Shown here in pieces: positions 1 through 9,599 of a stretch of 64,000 nucleotides of DNA (its first letter is position 1; the number at the start of each line of letters is the position of its first letter). The notes below the pieces were generated by a model. The model was given only the letters and a program-made list of their open reading frames with translations, was not told the DNA's origin and searched no databases. The DNA is from a virus. Taxonomy: Duplodnaviria; Caudoviricetes. The position numbers and the translations under genes were made by a program. The stretch is from IMG/VR virus record IMGVR_UViG_3300018429_000003, positions 2,074 to 66,073 of that record; one strand, given 5' to 3'.

Positions 1-1
1 C

Positions 2-661
2 AATCCTGTCCGTTTCGCCCAACTTGCCGCAGATAAGGGGTGGTCCGTACAAGAGCTTGAGAAGTGGATAAAGTTAAACGAGCCGAACCGTCAAACGCCC
101 CGGCTCGTCGGGTTACCATCCCCTGGCGCGCCGACGCTCTCAGGTTCCGTTACCGTGATCGGAGACCTTCTGGACCCCGACGTTGAAGAGGCAGAACAGG
201 AAGATTCAGAGCTTTCAGCCGAGGAAGTCGAACAGCTCCGGGCTGAGATTGAAAAGAGCCTTCGCGTATTGTCCGCGCTTCGTGATGGCTGTCAGAGTCC
301 CTACCTCGTTAGTCGCTACATTGGTGGCTGGATTGAAGAGCTTGATTGGGAGTTGGCTGAGATAACGAAAGCGCCCGGTAAGTTCAGCGAGCGGGTAATG
401 TCGCTGATTAACGCTGGGTGCTACGTTAAGGAACAGATTGCAGCGCGCGCGCGCGGTTCAGTTATCGACACTCAACAAGCCCTTGACCTGCTGAAGAAGC
501 AGAGGAAGATTGAGCGCCGAAAGCAACGCAAAACCCAGATGGCCAGAGGACTCCCAACGTACCTATGGATGCCGGTGGACATGCCTGCCGGCAGTGACCT
601 GGATCTTGGTGGGCGGCCATCGTTCGAGAGCGAGGATGAAGGGAGTGAGGAGCATTACTGA
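2..661 (+). CDS. Hypothetical protein, 5'-truncated by the window edge
   Basis: The frame of ORF 155..661 stays open back to base 2 (NPVRFAQLAADKGWSVQELEKWIK...). Confidence 0.6.
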   Translation, partial: NPVRFAQLAADKGWSVQELEKWIKLNEPNRQTPRLVGLPSPGAPTLSGSVTVIGDLLDPDVEEAEQEDSELSAEEVEQLRAEIEKSLRVLSALRDGCQSPYLVSRYIGGWIEELDWELAEITKAPGKFSERVMSLINAGCYVKEQIAARARGSVIDTQQALDLLKKQRKIERRKQRKTQMARGLPTYLWMPVDMPAGSDLDLGGRPSFESEDEGSEEHY

Positions 662-746
662 ATTGATTGGGGTCTTCTCCGCGAAGCTTACCGGGACGTT
701 AAGGATGCAAGGCAAAATATCACCAACGCACATAAGGAGTTGAAAC

Positions 747-1157
747 GTGATGCTGGGTGAAACCATACAGGTGACAGTGTTAAGTCATGGCGTCGCGTTT
801 GTGAATACGGACGCGGCCCGGCGGCTGCGCGAGGTTGGGGTTATTCGAAAAGGGACAGGAAAAATCACGAACTATCCTCTAAGCAAGTTGCAGGCGTTAT
901 ATCTGAAGGGCTTTCCGCAGATACGCGATTTGGACCACTACCGAGAATTAGTCGGCGATCCGCGTTCACCCGGGCTAATGTTCCACTTTACCCACGGGCA
1001 GACCGTAACGATGGTGCGACACGAGCGGGGCAAAAAGAAGGTTCTGTGGTACGCGGTCTTGGATACAGCGATAGGGTGTCGGGCGGACTTTCTTGAAGAG
1101 ATGCAAAAGCTTGGACGCCTAAGGATTTCAAGTGTTCCCGCCCCACCGGGGCAATAG
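747..1157 (+). CDS. Hypothetical protein, last gene before the first late-type promoter
   Basis: 136-aa ORF with an upstream AAGGAG SD. Confidence 0.6.
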   Translation: MMLGETIQVTVLSHGVAFVNTDAARRLREVGVIRKGTGKITNYPLSKLQALYLKGFPQIRDLDHYRELVGDPRSPGLMFHFTHGQTVTMVRHERGKKKVLWYAVLDTAIGCRADFLEEMQKLGRLRISSVPAPPGQ

Positions 1158-1168
1158 TGCGGCCAATC

Positions 1169-1197
1169 AAAAATAAACCTCAGGTCCGCGCTATTCT
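1169..1197 (+). promoter_or_regulatory. Phage-specific late-type promoter, copy 1
   Basis: AAAAATAAA-N14-TATTCT; the same spacing occurs at 7 sites upstream of late genes. Confidence 0.7.
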
Positions 1198-1250
1198 TCA
1201 GGCTGACTTGGTTAACCATTTATGGTGTCAACGTTCACTTTGCAAAGGAG

Positions 1251-1595
1251 ATGCGTATGAGAAAAGGTTGGATTCCCGTTCTGGTAGTCACCGCTCTGAT
1301 GGTGACGGCCAGCATTGCGCTCGCACGAGGAGCGCCGAGTGAAAAGGTATTTACCGATCAGGCTATTGTTTCGGTTGACCCGCCCGCTGTGGCAGGTGGT
1401 TCGCCGATGACAGTCGGCTTTGACGTGACCCAAAACTACAGTACCGCCGTGATTCGCATTGGCAATGCGCAACCAATTACAGTCGATACTTCGACACAGG
1501 TGAGGCAGAGCACTACGGTCGCTGAATACGGTGTGACGTTGGGCGCCTACTCGGCACGCTCTGGCCCTTCACCCGACTTGGTGCTGCTGGCTTGA
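1251..1595 (+). CDS. Small secreted protein
   Basis: AGGAG SD; signal-peptide-like N-terminus (KGWIPVLVVTALMVTASIALA). Confidence 0.65.
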   Translation: MRMRKGWIPVLVVTALMVTASIALARGAPSEKVFTDQAIVSVDPPAVAGGSPMTVGFDVTQNYSTAVIRIGNAQPITVDTSTQVRQSTTVAEYGVTLGAYSARSGPSPDLVLLA

Positions 1596-1630
1596 ACGGT
1601 GAGCCGCCAAGAAACAGCAAAGAAGGTAAG

Positions 1631-1654
1631 AGGCTGGAGCGATCCGGCCTTTTG
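1631..1654 (+). terminator. Probable intrinsic terminator
   Basis: AGGCTGGA-gcga-TCCGGCCT hairpin followed by TTTG. Confidence 0.5.
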
Positions 1655-1662
1655 CTTGTCTG

Positions 1663-1690
1663 AAAATAAATCCCCGTTCGCGGCTATGCT
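1663..1690 (+). promoter_or_regulatory. Late-type promoter, copy 2
   Basis: AAAATAAA-N14-TATGCT. Confidence 0.7.
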
Positions 1691-1723
1691 GACCGAAGAA
1701 AGCGAACAGTGAGCGGATGAGAG

Positions 1724-2224
1724 ATGAGCGATCCCGGCATGATTGGAGAGTCCAGCCTCGAAAAGCGGATGATCGAGAGCCTCCGCCGTCTTGATGAGAG
1801 GATCGACTCCGAGCGGCATCTGACAAATGAAAAGTTTGCTCATTCAAAGAGCATTATAGAGGGCAACGATAAAAGATACGCAGAGCGATTTGAGGCACAG
1901 AAGGAAGCTAACGCGCAGCGATTCGACGCCCAAGAGGTAGCTAACAAGTACGATCAGGAGAAATCCAACGAATTCAGAGGCGCGTTAGAGGACGTAGGAA
2001 AAAGGCAGATGCCTCGCACCGAATGTGAGGCGATGTTTAAAGCGATATCGGAGAACGCTAACGCCGCCATACATGCCAACAGTGAAAAGATTGCGGCGCT
2101 TCAGGCGAGACTGGATCGAAACGAAGGACGCGGGAGCGGGTTTGATGCGGGATGGAAGATATTGATCGGAGTAGTCGCATTGGCCGCGGCGCTGCTTACA
2201 ATCTTTTTAGGACTGAAGCCGTGA
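1724..2224 (+). CDS. Coiled-coil protein with a C-terminal TM helix (lysis/membrane accessory type)
   Basis: Heptad-rich body; ends WKILIGVVALAAALLTIFLGLKP. Confidence 0.7.
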   Translation: MSDPGMIGESSLEKRMIESLRRLDERIDSERHLTNEKFAHSKSIIEGNDKRYAERFEAQKEANAQRFDAQEVANKYDQEKSNEFRGALEDVGKRQMPRTECEAMFKAISENANAAIHANSEKIAALQARLDRNEGRGSGFDAGWKILIGVVALAAALLTIFLGLKP

Positions 2225-2293
2225 GGGAGGTAGGTTGATGCAGTGTGACGACCGGATTCACTACTACCGGATAGTAAACATGGGAGACGAATA

Positions 2294-2557
2294 ATGGAAA
2301 GAAATCAAGTGGCGACGGTTGATCCTACTGCTAGGTGGAGCGGTATTACAGACGAAGATTACATACATATCTGCATTCAGGCGTCACACTGGGACGGATT
2401 GCCCGAGGCGTTTAGGCAGACACAAGAAGCCATTGAGCGCAACCCGCAACCGATACCAAGCGTGGAAGATCTGAAAGGATTTAAGGAAAAGTCTTTGTTA
2501 AAAATCTTCGTGGGTCAGACGTATCCAATGGAGTGCGTGTTTACCATTCCGTTTTGA
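2294..2557 (+). CDS. Hypothetical protein
   Basis: GGGAG SD; 87 aa. Confidence 0.5.
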   Translation: MERNQVATVDPTARWSGITDEDYIHICIQASHWDGLPEAFRQTQEAIERNPQPIPSVEDLKGFKEKSLLKIFVGQTYPMECVFTIPF

Positions 2558-2577
2558 GAGGCGGGAGTGAGCGCCCT

Positions 2578-2835
2578 ATGGACTACATGCAATGCGATCC
2601 GAAAGATATACCTGAGTGGAAAGGGGCGGAATTGATGGTTGATAACGGCAACGGATATGTGCCCGTTTCCCATGTTCACAGTTGGGTTGTTTGCAAGGCG
2701 TGGGGGCCAGCGTATGTTTGGTGTAGCGATTGCGATACCAGCCGGGACTTCACTCGGGATGAACTGAGTCGGCATATCCAGGTACTTAATGGGCAGATGT
2801 CTGTAGATGAATTCATGCGAAGGTTGAACGGCTGA
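2578..2835 (+). CDS. Hypothetical protein with a CxxC motif
   Basis: GGGAG SD before ATG 2578; WCSDC. Confidence 0.5.
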   Translation: MDYMQCDPKDIPEWKGAELMVDNGNGYVPVSHVHSWVVCKAWGPAYVWCSDCDTSRDFTRDELSRHIQVLNGQMSVDEFMRRLNG

Positions 2836-3016
2836 AAACAGGAGCGGGCTGCCCCCGAAGAAGCAGCCCAACTGTCACGCACGCCCAATCCGATCAAAGA
2901 CTCGGGCGCACGCGGCGGGATACAATAAACCGAAATCCCCGAAAAGGACAGAATTCAGCACACAGATAGCAGAGGATTGAAACGATGTACTCGCTGAGTT
3001 TTGACACGCTGGGGAC

Positions 3017-3526
3017 ATGCGAAACCGAAAAGAAATCGACCAATTGAGTGCACACTCACGCGCAACCAAAGCATCAGGAAGGCATAATGGCAACGGAAAT
3101 ACCTTGCCTGTCAATTTGCACTTTCCAGAACCTCAACCGGAACAGCCAGATTCGCGTGAGCCTAAAGGTTGGCGCGAATACTTCCCCCACTGGGAGACTC
3201 TCAGCATGGCCGGCGGCAAGACGATAGAAAAGGGCTTTGTAATCACACCTGGCATTGCCGCAGTTCTCTTGGCGGCATTCCTCGCTGTTCTGGGTTGGGC
3301 GTACAAGTCCAGCACGGCGGATTCGCGGGAGACACGGGATTCGATCATCCGCATGGAGACGATGCTTGACGAGCGGACGCGAACCTTTGACGCGCAACAA
3401 GCAAAGTTGCAGGCCGAGATCAAGGAAGAGCGCGACATGGGGCAAGTCTATCGCGAGCGGCAGAATGAGAAGATGATGAAAATCACGCTGGCGATGCAGG
3501 CGAACGGAATTAAACTCAACCAGTGA
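3017..3526 (+). CDS. Membrane protein (one TM helix plus coiled coil)
   Basis: TM segment GIAAVLLAAFLAVLGWAY followed by a charged helical region. Confidence 0.65.
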   Translation: MRNRKEIDQLSAHSRATKASGRHNGNGNTLPVNLHFPEPQPEQPDSREPKGWREYFPHWETLSMAGGKTIEKGFVITPGIAAVLLAAFLAVLGWAYKSSTADSRETRDSIIRMETMLDERTRTFDAQQAKLQAEIKEERDMGQVYRERQNEKMMKITLAMQANGIKLNQ

Positions 3527-3536
3527 GGGTAATTAA

Positions 3537-3776
3537 ATGGGCGGCACTGCATGTAAAAAGATAATCTTAAACGGCCTCGTGATCGAGACGCTAACGAGCC
3601 ACGTTCGAGAAGCTGCTGAGAAAGCGGACGCAGCTGGCGAGTACATGGAGAACTCGAAAGAGATCGTTGGGATCTTTAACGATATGGAAGACTTAGCTTT
3701 CAAGGCCGCACATCTTTACCTCAAGGGCACCGGATTCGAAGGACCGTGGCCGCACAGTTTGCAAATCAAAATCTAA
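3537..3776 (+). CDS. Hypothetical protein
   Basis: GAGG SD; follows directly after the upstream gene. Confidence 0.55.
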   Translation: MGGTACKKIILNGLVIETLTSHVREAAEKADAAGEYMENSKEIVGIFNDMEDLAFKAAHLYLKGTGFEGPWPHSLQIKI

Positions 3777-3823
3777 TTCCTGGCGCCGTTCCCCTTGCCG
3801 ACGCCGCCGGAGAGTTAGTCCTC

Positions 3824-3852
3824 AGAAATAAGATTTCAATTCACAGTACGCT
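3824..3852 (+). promoter_or_regulatory. Late-type promoter, copy 3 (variant)
   Basis: AGAAATAAG-N14-TACGCT, 10 nt before ATG 3863. Confidence 0.55.
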
Positions 3853-3862
3853 GAGCAATAGA

Positions 3863-4303
3863 ATGATTAAAGCTCAACAGATAGATGTCGTCACTCACGA
3901 AAGGAAGCTATGCCCGACTTGTGTCAGGCTGCTTGATGTGGCGATGTTTCGAGATCCCTCAATTTGCATCGAGTGCTGGAATCTGAAGGGCGTCCGCCCG
4001 AACGAGAGAAGACCCTTACCCGCGAAACTAAGAGAACGCAGTAGCCGACTTGAGCGGGTCTACGGGATCACGTTTAGCGAATACCGGAAAATGTATCAGG
4101 CTCAGGCCGGTAAGTGCGCGATTTGCGAGACGGAGCGGCCTTTAAGCGCGGATCGTCCGTTGCCGTTCGGAGTTGACCACCACCACGATACTGGGCAGAT
4201 TCGTGGTTTGCTCTGCACAAACTGCAACGCGGGGCTTGGAATGTTCAAAGACATGATAGAACGATTCGATAACGCTAAAGCCTACCTGGAGCGGTTCAAG
4301 TGA
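3863..4303 (+). CDS. Endonuclease VII-family (HNH-type) nuclease
   Basis: YGITFSEY..MYQAQAGKCAIC...VDHHHDTGQIRGLLCTNCNAGLGMFKD is the Endo VII signature. Confidence 0.9.
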   Translation: MIKAQQIDVVTHERKLCPTCVRLLDVAMFRDPSICIECWNLKGVRPNERRPLPAKLRERSSRLERVYGITFSEYRKMYQAQAGKCAICETERPLSADRPLPFGVDHHHDTGQIRGLLCTNCNAGLGMFKDMIERFDNAKAYLERFK

Positions 4304-4749
4304 GAGTCTCACGGGGTAAAAGTCCTCGTGTGTCGGACAGTACAAAGCGGACGCCTCAACGCGCGCGCGTGGCCCCAAAGCGTGTAGCTCCAAAGCAAAT
4401 AGATAACTCCTGGCACCAGCGGTTCATCCGTAGTTACGCGAAAACGGGCAACATCACTCTCTCCTGTAAGGCGGCCCGAATTGGTCGGCAGACTTACTAC
4501 GAGCACTTGGCGAAGGATGCGCAGTTCCAGTTGGCCGTAGATGTAGCGAAAGAGGAAGCGCTCGACGAACTGGAAGCGGTAGCCCGAAAGCGCGCGCTCG
4601 ATTCCAGTGACTTTCTAATTAAATTCCTTTTGGAGAACCTTCGACCCGACGTTTACCGGCAAACCATTCGCAACCAGCACAGCGGGTCTATAGCAGTCGA
4701 TGTCAGTCAACTTTCAGACGACGAACTCCGCAAGCTCGCTCAAGGTTAG
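4300..4749 (+). CDS. terS: Terminase small subunit
   Basis: HTH (GNITLSCKAARIGRQTYY), SDFLIKFLL..LRPDVY and the LSDDELRKL tail; lies directly before TerL. Confidence 0.8.
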   Translation: MRVSRGKSPRVSDSTKRTPQRARVAPKRVAPKQIDNSWHQRFIRSYAKTGNITLSCKAARIGRQTYYEHLAKDAQFQLAVDVAKEEALDELEAVARKRALDSSDFLIKFLLENLRPDVYRQTIRNQHSGSIAVDVSQLSDDELRKLAQG

Positions 4750-6310
4750 AGCGCGGGCTGAGCTTGAACTGCGACGGCGGCATGCGGCTAAGAACTCACG
4801 TTACGATGCCTATCGAAGTGATCCGGTTCTGTATGCGAAGCGCGAGCTCGGGGTTGATTGGTGGGTAAAGCAGATAGAGGTTGCCGAGTCTGTAGTTAAC
4901 AATCCCAAGACGTTCGTTAAAGCTTGCCACAGCGTAGGAAAAACTCATTTAGCCGGCGGACTCGTAAGCTGGCATTACGACTGCTTCAATCCTTCCATCA
5001 CAAAGACTACGGCGCCGACGAAGGTTCAGGTGGTCGACCTCACCTGGAAGGAAGTTCGTCTTCAGCGCCGCGGCCGAAACATGCTCCCGAAGGCTGCGCG
5101 CATTGAATCCTTTCTACAGAACGGAGACTTTGACCCTGCGCACTTCGCCGCCGGCTACACAGCCAAGGACGCCAACTCGTTTCAGGGTGACCATGAAGAG
5201 CACCTGTTAATCATGTTCGAAGAGGCGGTGGGAATTGAGGAGCAGTTCTGGACTGCGGCCGAGGGCATGCTTTCGTCAGGACCAGGTAACCGCTGGCTGG
5301 CGATAATGAATCCAACCGATACGAGTTCACATGCCTACCAGGAAGAGCTTTCGGGCGACTGGAATGTTATCAATATCTCTGCGCTCGAGCATCCGAACTT
5401 AGCCGCGGAGCTGCGCGGACTTTCAAAGCCTTTCCCGAAAGCCATCAGCTTGTCGTGGGTTGAAGAGCGGGTCCGAAAGTGGTGCACGCTAATTCAGGAG
5501 AGCGAGAAGAAGGCGAGCGACTTCTGCTGGCCGCCTCTCGATTATTGTCTTGAAAAAGGAATCGGACCGAAGTGGTATCGCCCGGGCCCGCTGTTTGAGG
5601 GTAAGGTTCTGGGGCGCTGGCCATCTCAGTCGACCGATTCAGTATGGTCCGAGGCGATGTGGCTTTCCGCGATCGAGGAAAAGCCGGATCTTCAGCGGAA
5701 ATCGGAAGCGGTCCTTCCGGAGATTGGCTGTGACGTCGCACGCTTTGGTGACGACAATACGACAATACACGTACGCCGCAGCTGCGTGAGCATTCACCAC
5801 GAATCACACAACGGCATGTCAACCTCACAGACCGCTGGCCGTCTTAAGCAGATTGTTGACGAGGTCGCCAATCAAGCCAATTGCGAGAAAAATCAGATAG
5901 TAGTGAAAGTGGATGATGACGGAGTGGGCGGCGGCGTCATCGACCAACGAGGAGCGTACAACTTCGTCGGGTTATCAGCTGGGAGCCGTGCACTTGAGGA
6001 AGATAAGTATCCGAATCGCCGGAGCGAGTTTTGGTTCTCGACTGCAGCGCGCGCGGATGACAACCGGCTGGACTTCTCACACCTATCGCCGGAAGCGCTC
6101 ACCGACTTGAGGCGTCAATTCATGGCGCCAAAGTGGAAGCTGGACAATCAGGGCCGTCGGGTCGTTGAAAAGAAGGAAGACACGAAGAAGCGAATCAAGC
6201 GCAGCCCGGACGATGCAGACGCTGTGAACCTGGCATACGCACCAACCGGAATTGAGTTGCCGACGATTGGGCCAATCTCGATCACTCAAAAGAGTTCATG
6301 GAGGGTCTAA
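4700..6310 (+). CDS. terL: Terminase large subunit
   Basis: Walker A (CHSVGKT), Walker B variant (IMFEEA), nuclease motifs GCDVARFGDD, VDDDGVGGG and SPDDADA. Confidence 0.95.
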   Translation: MSVNFQTTNSASSLKVRARAELELRRRHAAKNSRYDAYRSDPVLYAKRELGVDWWVKQIEVAESVVNNPKTFVKACHSVGKTHLAGGLVSWHYDCFNPSITKTTAPTKVQVVDLTWKEVRLQRRGRNMLPKAARIESFLQNGDFDPAHFAAGYTAKDANSFQGDHEEHLLIMFEEAVGIEEQFWTAAEGMLSSGPGNRWLAIMNPTDTSSHAYQEELSGDWNVINISALEHPNLAAELRGLSKPFPKAISLSWVEERVRKWCTLIQESEKKASDFCWPPLDYCLEKGIGPKWYRPGPLFEGKVLGRWPSQSTDSVWSEAMWLSAIEEKPDLQRKSEAVLPEIGCDVARFGDDNTTIHVRRSCVSIHHESHNGMSTSQTAGRLKQIVDEVANQANCEKNQIVVKVDDDGVGGGVIDQRGAYNFVGLSAGSRALEEDKYPNRRSEFWFSTAARADDNRLDFSHLSPEALTDLRRQFMAPKWKLDNQGRRVVEKKEDTKKRIKRSPDDADAVNLAYAPTGIELPTIGPISITQKSSWRV

Positions 6311-6395
6311 CCTGCAGTTGTCACGTTTATATCAGCCCAAAGCGCCAGTTTTGCTTCTGTTATAGCCTTAAAAACGTGACATGCGGGCTCGTCGC

Positions 6396-6424
6396 AAAAA
6401 TAAATCAGCGGCAAGGTGTACGCT
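6396..6424 (+). promoter_or_regulatory. Late-type promoter, copy 4
   Basis: AAAAATAAA-N14-TACGCT, 9 nt before the endolysin ATG (leaderless-like). Confidence 0.7.
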
Positions 6425-6433
6425 TCCGCTCTC

Positions 6434-7324
6434 ATGGCAAACTGGCGACTAGCAAAATCACTCGAACAACTCAGGTCTCAGGTAAACACTGCCAGCCCAA
6501 AGCGGAGCAAGGTTAGTGACGGCACGATTGGCGATGCCGCGCATGCCTCGCGCAGCTCTGATCATAATCCGTGGATAAAAGATTCAAAGGGCGTCGGGGT
6601 AGTTTCCGCGATGGACATCACGCACGATCCCGGCGATGGCGTCGATGGAAACATTCTGAGCCGGGCGCTAATCAAAGACTCCCGCGTTAAGTATGTGATC
6701 TTCAATTCGCAAATCTGGAAGGTCCGCACAGGCAAGTGGGAGAGGTACACAGGCTCAAATGCTCATAAACAGCATGTCCACGTCTCTGTTAACCCGGAAT
6801 CCCTTGACGACGTGAGACCGTGGCCGTGGCCTGTTTCCGTCGCCCCAACTCCCTTCACAGCAGCGGCAGCCAACCTGGGCACTTCGATACCAGTAAGCAC
6901 CTTTATGTCGCCCCAGGCGGCTGTAATACCGGAAGAATCGACCAAGGAAGATACTCCCGCTCCTGACAAGCCGGCCGATATAGTGGAAGTCCAGAAAGAG
7001 AAGCCTGTCCCGTCCGATCAACCCGCCAGCACGCCGGGGATCAAGGGGAGCTTGGTCGGAGTTCTGACCTTTATCACTACTTCTGGCAGCGCGATTGTTG
7101 CCGCACTTGGTGGGTGGCCGACTACGATAATTCTTGGCCTCTTCGTCGTTGCTGGATTGATTGGACTGATTTGGTTGGTGATGCGGTTCTGGTTCGCTAA
7201 TCAGGATGCAAGGCGGAAAGCGGCAGAAAAAGAAGCCGAGGCGACGCGGGCACACCAGATCACCATGGCGAAGATTGCCAGCGCGAGGGATAAGGATTCG
7301 CCAACGATTGAGGTCACAGGATGA
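6434..7324 (+). CDS. Endolysin (M15/LAS-like Zn peptidase) with a Pro-rich linker and two C-terminal TM segments
   Basis: SDGTIGDAAH..SDHNP...AMDIT...HKQHVHVS motifs typical of phage lysins; hydrophobic C-terminus. Confidence 0.75.
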   Translation: MANWRLAKSLEQLRSQVNTASPKRSKVSDGTIGDAAHASRSSDHNPWIKDSKGVGVVSAMDITHDPGDGVDGNILSRALIKDSRVKYVIFNSQIWKVRTGKWERYTGSNAHKQHVHVSVNPESLDDVRPWPWPVSVAPTPFTAAAANLGTSIPVSTFMSPQAAVIPEESTKEDTPAPDKPADIVEVQKEKPVPSDQPASTPGIKGSLVGVLTFITTSGSAIVAALGGWPTTIILGLFVVAGLIGLIWLVMRFWFANQDARRKAAEKEAEATRAHQITMAKIASARDKDSPTIEVTG

Positions 7325-7533
7325 ACGAAACCATCATCGCGTATTTCATCCTTGCATCTGGTGCGGTGCTGTTCTATGTCTGCCTCGTTACGGATGTAAC
7401 AAATAAGCTGAGGTACGTTCTCAGCATTCTCGGATGGTTCTTTGCGTGGCCGGTGATGGTGATTTACTTCGTGGGCAAGGCGCTCGTTGGATATTTCAAG
7501 ACAGACTTTCGCCGGGAACTGAAAGACTTATGA
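7321..7533 (+). CDS. Small two-TM membrane protein (holin candidate)
   Basis: Two hydrophobic segments and a charged C-tail; ATGA overlap with the lysin gene. Confidence 0.55.
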   Translation: MNETIIAYFILASGAVLFYVCLVTDVTNKLRYVLSILGWFFAWPVMVIYFVGKALVGYFKTDFRRELKDL

Positions 7534-7551
7534 GCGGCGAAGGGAGGCGCG

Positions 7552-7728
7552 ATGAGTCACGGCGTAGTTTGTATGAACTGCGAGCATTTTGAAGGAGCGC
7601 ACGATCCTGTGACAGGGAAGTGCGCTGCGTCTTGGCAGGGACAGAAATGCCAATGTGAGCAGTTGGCGCTTCCGCCCGACGCTGATGAGCAGCGGGAGTT
7701 TAGTCGCCGGATAATGGAAGGCCGATGA
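7552..7728 (+). CDS. Small Cys/His-rich protein (not in the ORF track)
   Basis: GGAGG SD; MSHGVVCMNCEH...KC...CQC, 58 aa. Confidence 0.55.
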   Translation: MSHGVVCMNCEHFEGAHDPVTGKCAASWQGQKCQCEQLALPPDADEQREFSRRIMEGR

Positions 7729-8156
7729 TTACAGCAGATCAGCTACTTTGCCATGCGATAGGCGACTACATCCTGCAGTCTGACTGGATGGCAAATGAGA
7801 AAACAAAGAAGACGATTGCGGCTCTCGCACACGTCGCCACCTATGGACTGCCATTCTTGTTTCTCCGCCCGTCGTGGACGGCTTACGCGGTAATTATCGG
7901 AACGCACTTTGTGATTGATCGTTGGCGGTTAGCAAGGTTTGTTGTTTGGGTGAAGAACTGGATGGGCGCAAGGCAGTTTCATGTTGACTCGGCATCTCCC
8001 AGCGGGAAGTCGTGGAAGATCAACCCACCGTGGACCGAGTGCGCTGGAACGGGTTATCCGTCAGATCGCCCCGCGTGGTTGGCGGTTTGGTTGCTTATTA
8101 TCGCGGATAACATTTTGCACGTTACCATTAACGGATTGGCTTTGAAGTATCTGTGA
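7725..8156 (+). CDS. DUF3307-family membrane protein
   Basis: HAIGDYILQSDWMA...H...THFVID...ADNILH motif set. Confidence 0.8.
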   Translation: MITADQLLCHAIGDYILQSDWMANEKTKKTIAALAHVATYGLPFLFLRPSWTAYAVIIGTHFVIDRWRLARFVVWVKNWMGARQFHVDSASPSGKSWKINPPWTECAGTGYPSDRPAWLAVWLLIIADNILHVTINGLALKYL

Positions 8157-8195
8157 TGTGAAGCGCTTATGAGCAGGGAAAGGATGGGATGTGAG

Positions 8196-8282
8196 ATGGA
8201 ATGGGCAATTCTGATTCTATTTATCATCCTCGCCGCAATCGGGATCTTTTTCTATCTGGTGAAGAAAGGGACCGGGGGATAG
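8196..8282 (+). CDS. 28-aa single-TM peptide (not in the ORF track)
   Basis: MEWAILILFIILAAIGIFFYLVKKGTGG; its stop abuts ATG 8283. Confidence 0.5.
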   Translation: MEWAILILFIILAAIGIFFYLVKKGTGG

Positions 8283-8753
8283 ATGTTCACCTTCATCAAC
8301 AACCTGCTCTCGAAAATCAAGACCCCTTGGCGGCGATATGCCGTGGAAATTGGGGCGGTAATTGTCCTTCTGTTTTTGCTCTTTGCGATTACGGCTCAAA
8401 CAGATTCATGTGGCTACAGTCGAAGCAGTAAGAAGTATCACGCTGAGTCAGCGGCATGGCAGACAGACAGAACCAAGATCCTTGCCCGAGCAGAGGCCAG
8501 CGAGAAGCGAGCGGCGGAATTAGAACCAAAGGCAATAGCGTTTGATGCGTTAGCCGAGCAGCATAAGGTAGCTGATGCGGGGTTGGTAAAGAAGATTGAA
8601 GAGGTATCACAAAATGCAGCGAACGAAGAGGCTCGTGCTGAACAGCCTACGGATTGCATTACTAGGGTGCAGCGTGTGTGCGACGGTTTACGGGCAAACC
8701 GGATCAATCACGATTGCGGAGCAATCACACGCGAGTCCTGCGGCCCAAGATAG
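8283..8753 (+). CDS. i-spanin-like protein A
   Basis: N-terminal TM, coiled coil and Cys-rich C-terminus; overlaps the next gene. Confidence 0.55.
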   Translation: MFTFINNLLSKIKTPWRRYAVEIGAVIVLLFLLFAITAQTDSCGYSRSSKKYHAESAAWQTDRTKILARAEASEKRAAELEPKAIAFDALAEQHKVADAGLVKKIEEVSQNAANEEARAEQPTDCITRVQRVCDGLRANRINHDCGAITRESCGPR

Positions 8754-9114
8754 CCAGACGCTTAAGGCGCTGGAAATTGCGAATATAAGGCTGTCGGCGG
8801 CCAACGAAAAGATTGCGCTACTTGAGCAACGGATTGTCGAGAAAGACGCGGTTATCGAGGCGCTGGACGGCAAGGACGCGGTAAAGAGCGAGATGATCGA
8901 GCTATTGAAATCGGCAAATAAGGATAGAGCGTTTGTGAATACAGGGGACGCGCGGATGCTTGAGTCGTGCAACCTTCAACTTTCTAAGGCGGAACTTAGG
9001 ATTCACAAGCTAGAAAATCCAGGATTCCTGCGCAGCGTGTTCGACTACAGGTCCGCAAGCGGCTTCATGGTTGGCTACGGCGCGCGCGCTGCGCAGGGCG
9101 CGTTCACAAAGTAA
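8614..9114 (+). CDS. Exported coiled-coil protein (o-spanin-like partner A)
   Basis: GAGG SD; signal region with a possible lipobox LLGC; starts inside the upstream gene. Confidence 0.5.
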   Translation: MQRTKRLVLNSLRIALLGCSVCATVYGQTGSITIAEQSHASPAAQDSQTLKALEIANIRLSAANEKIALLEQRIVEKDAVIEALDGKDAVKSEMIELLKSANKDRAFVNTGDARMLESCNLQLSKAELRIHKLENPGFLRSVFDYRSASGFMVGYGARAAQGAFTK

Positions 9115-9119
9115 AGGCG

Positions 9120-9296
9120 ATGAAAGACTTTAAGGGAACAATGGGCGAAGCTGAGCGACTACTACAAAGTCTCAGGGCAAATCAGCAACCCCGAGAGTTG
9201 ACGCCAGAGGAAGCACAGCGAGCAGTCGAGATTGCACGACGGGAGTTTAAACAGGCCAAGGAAGCACAGGAACGGGAGCGGATGGTCAAGCAATGA
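9120..9296 (+). CDS. Hypothetical protein (not in the ORF track)
   Basis: 58 aa, MKDFKGTMGEAERLL...; ATGA overlap with the next gene. Confidence 0.5.
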   Translation: MKDFKGTMGEAERLLQSLRANQQPRELTPEEAQRAVEIARREFKQAKEAQERERMVKQ

Positions 9297-9484
9297 AAAA
9301 GAAGAATCCAACCGACGCCACAATGCGCAACGTGAAGGCCGGAGCCAAGCGAGATGTGGCGATGGCGAAGCGGGTGTTGAAATTGGAGTCACAGGTTAAA
9401 CAGATGGCGGAGGTCATCTACGAGCATCTCGGCGTTGTCATAGAGACCGGGCGAAAGTCGCGCCGCAAGGGTGAAGATGACTAA
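9293..9484 (+). CDS. Small basic protein
   Basis: 63-aa ORF, translationally coupled. Confidence 0.5.
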   Translation: MKKKNPTDATMRNVKAGAKRDVAMAKRVLKLESQVKQMAEVIYEHLGVVIETGRKSRRKGEDD

Positions 9485-9599
9485 CTTTGCTTCCAACTAC
9501 CTTTTTCCTTTTAGCGGCCCGCGCTGGGTCTTGCGCTTTTCGAGCTTTCAGCAATTATTTTCGCTCAACGCAATTATTTCTAACTGAAAGGAAAGACAA

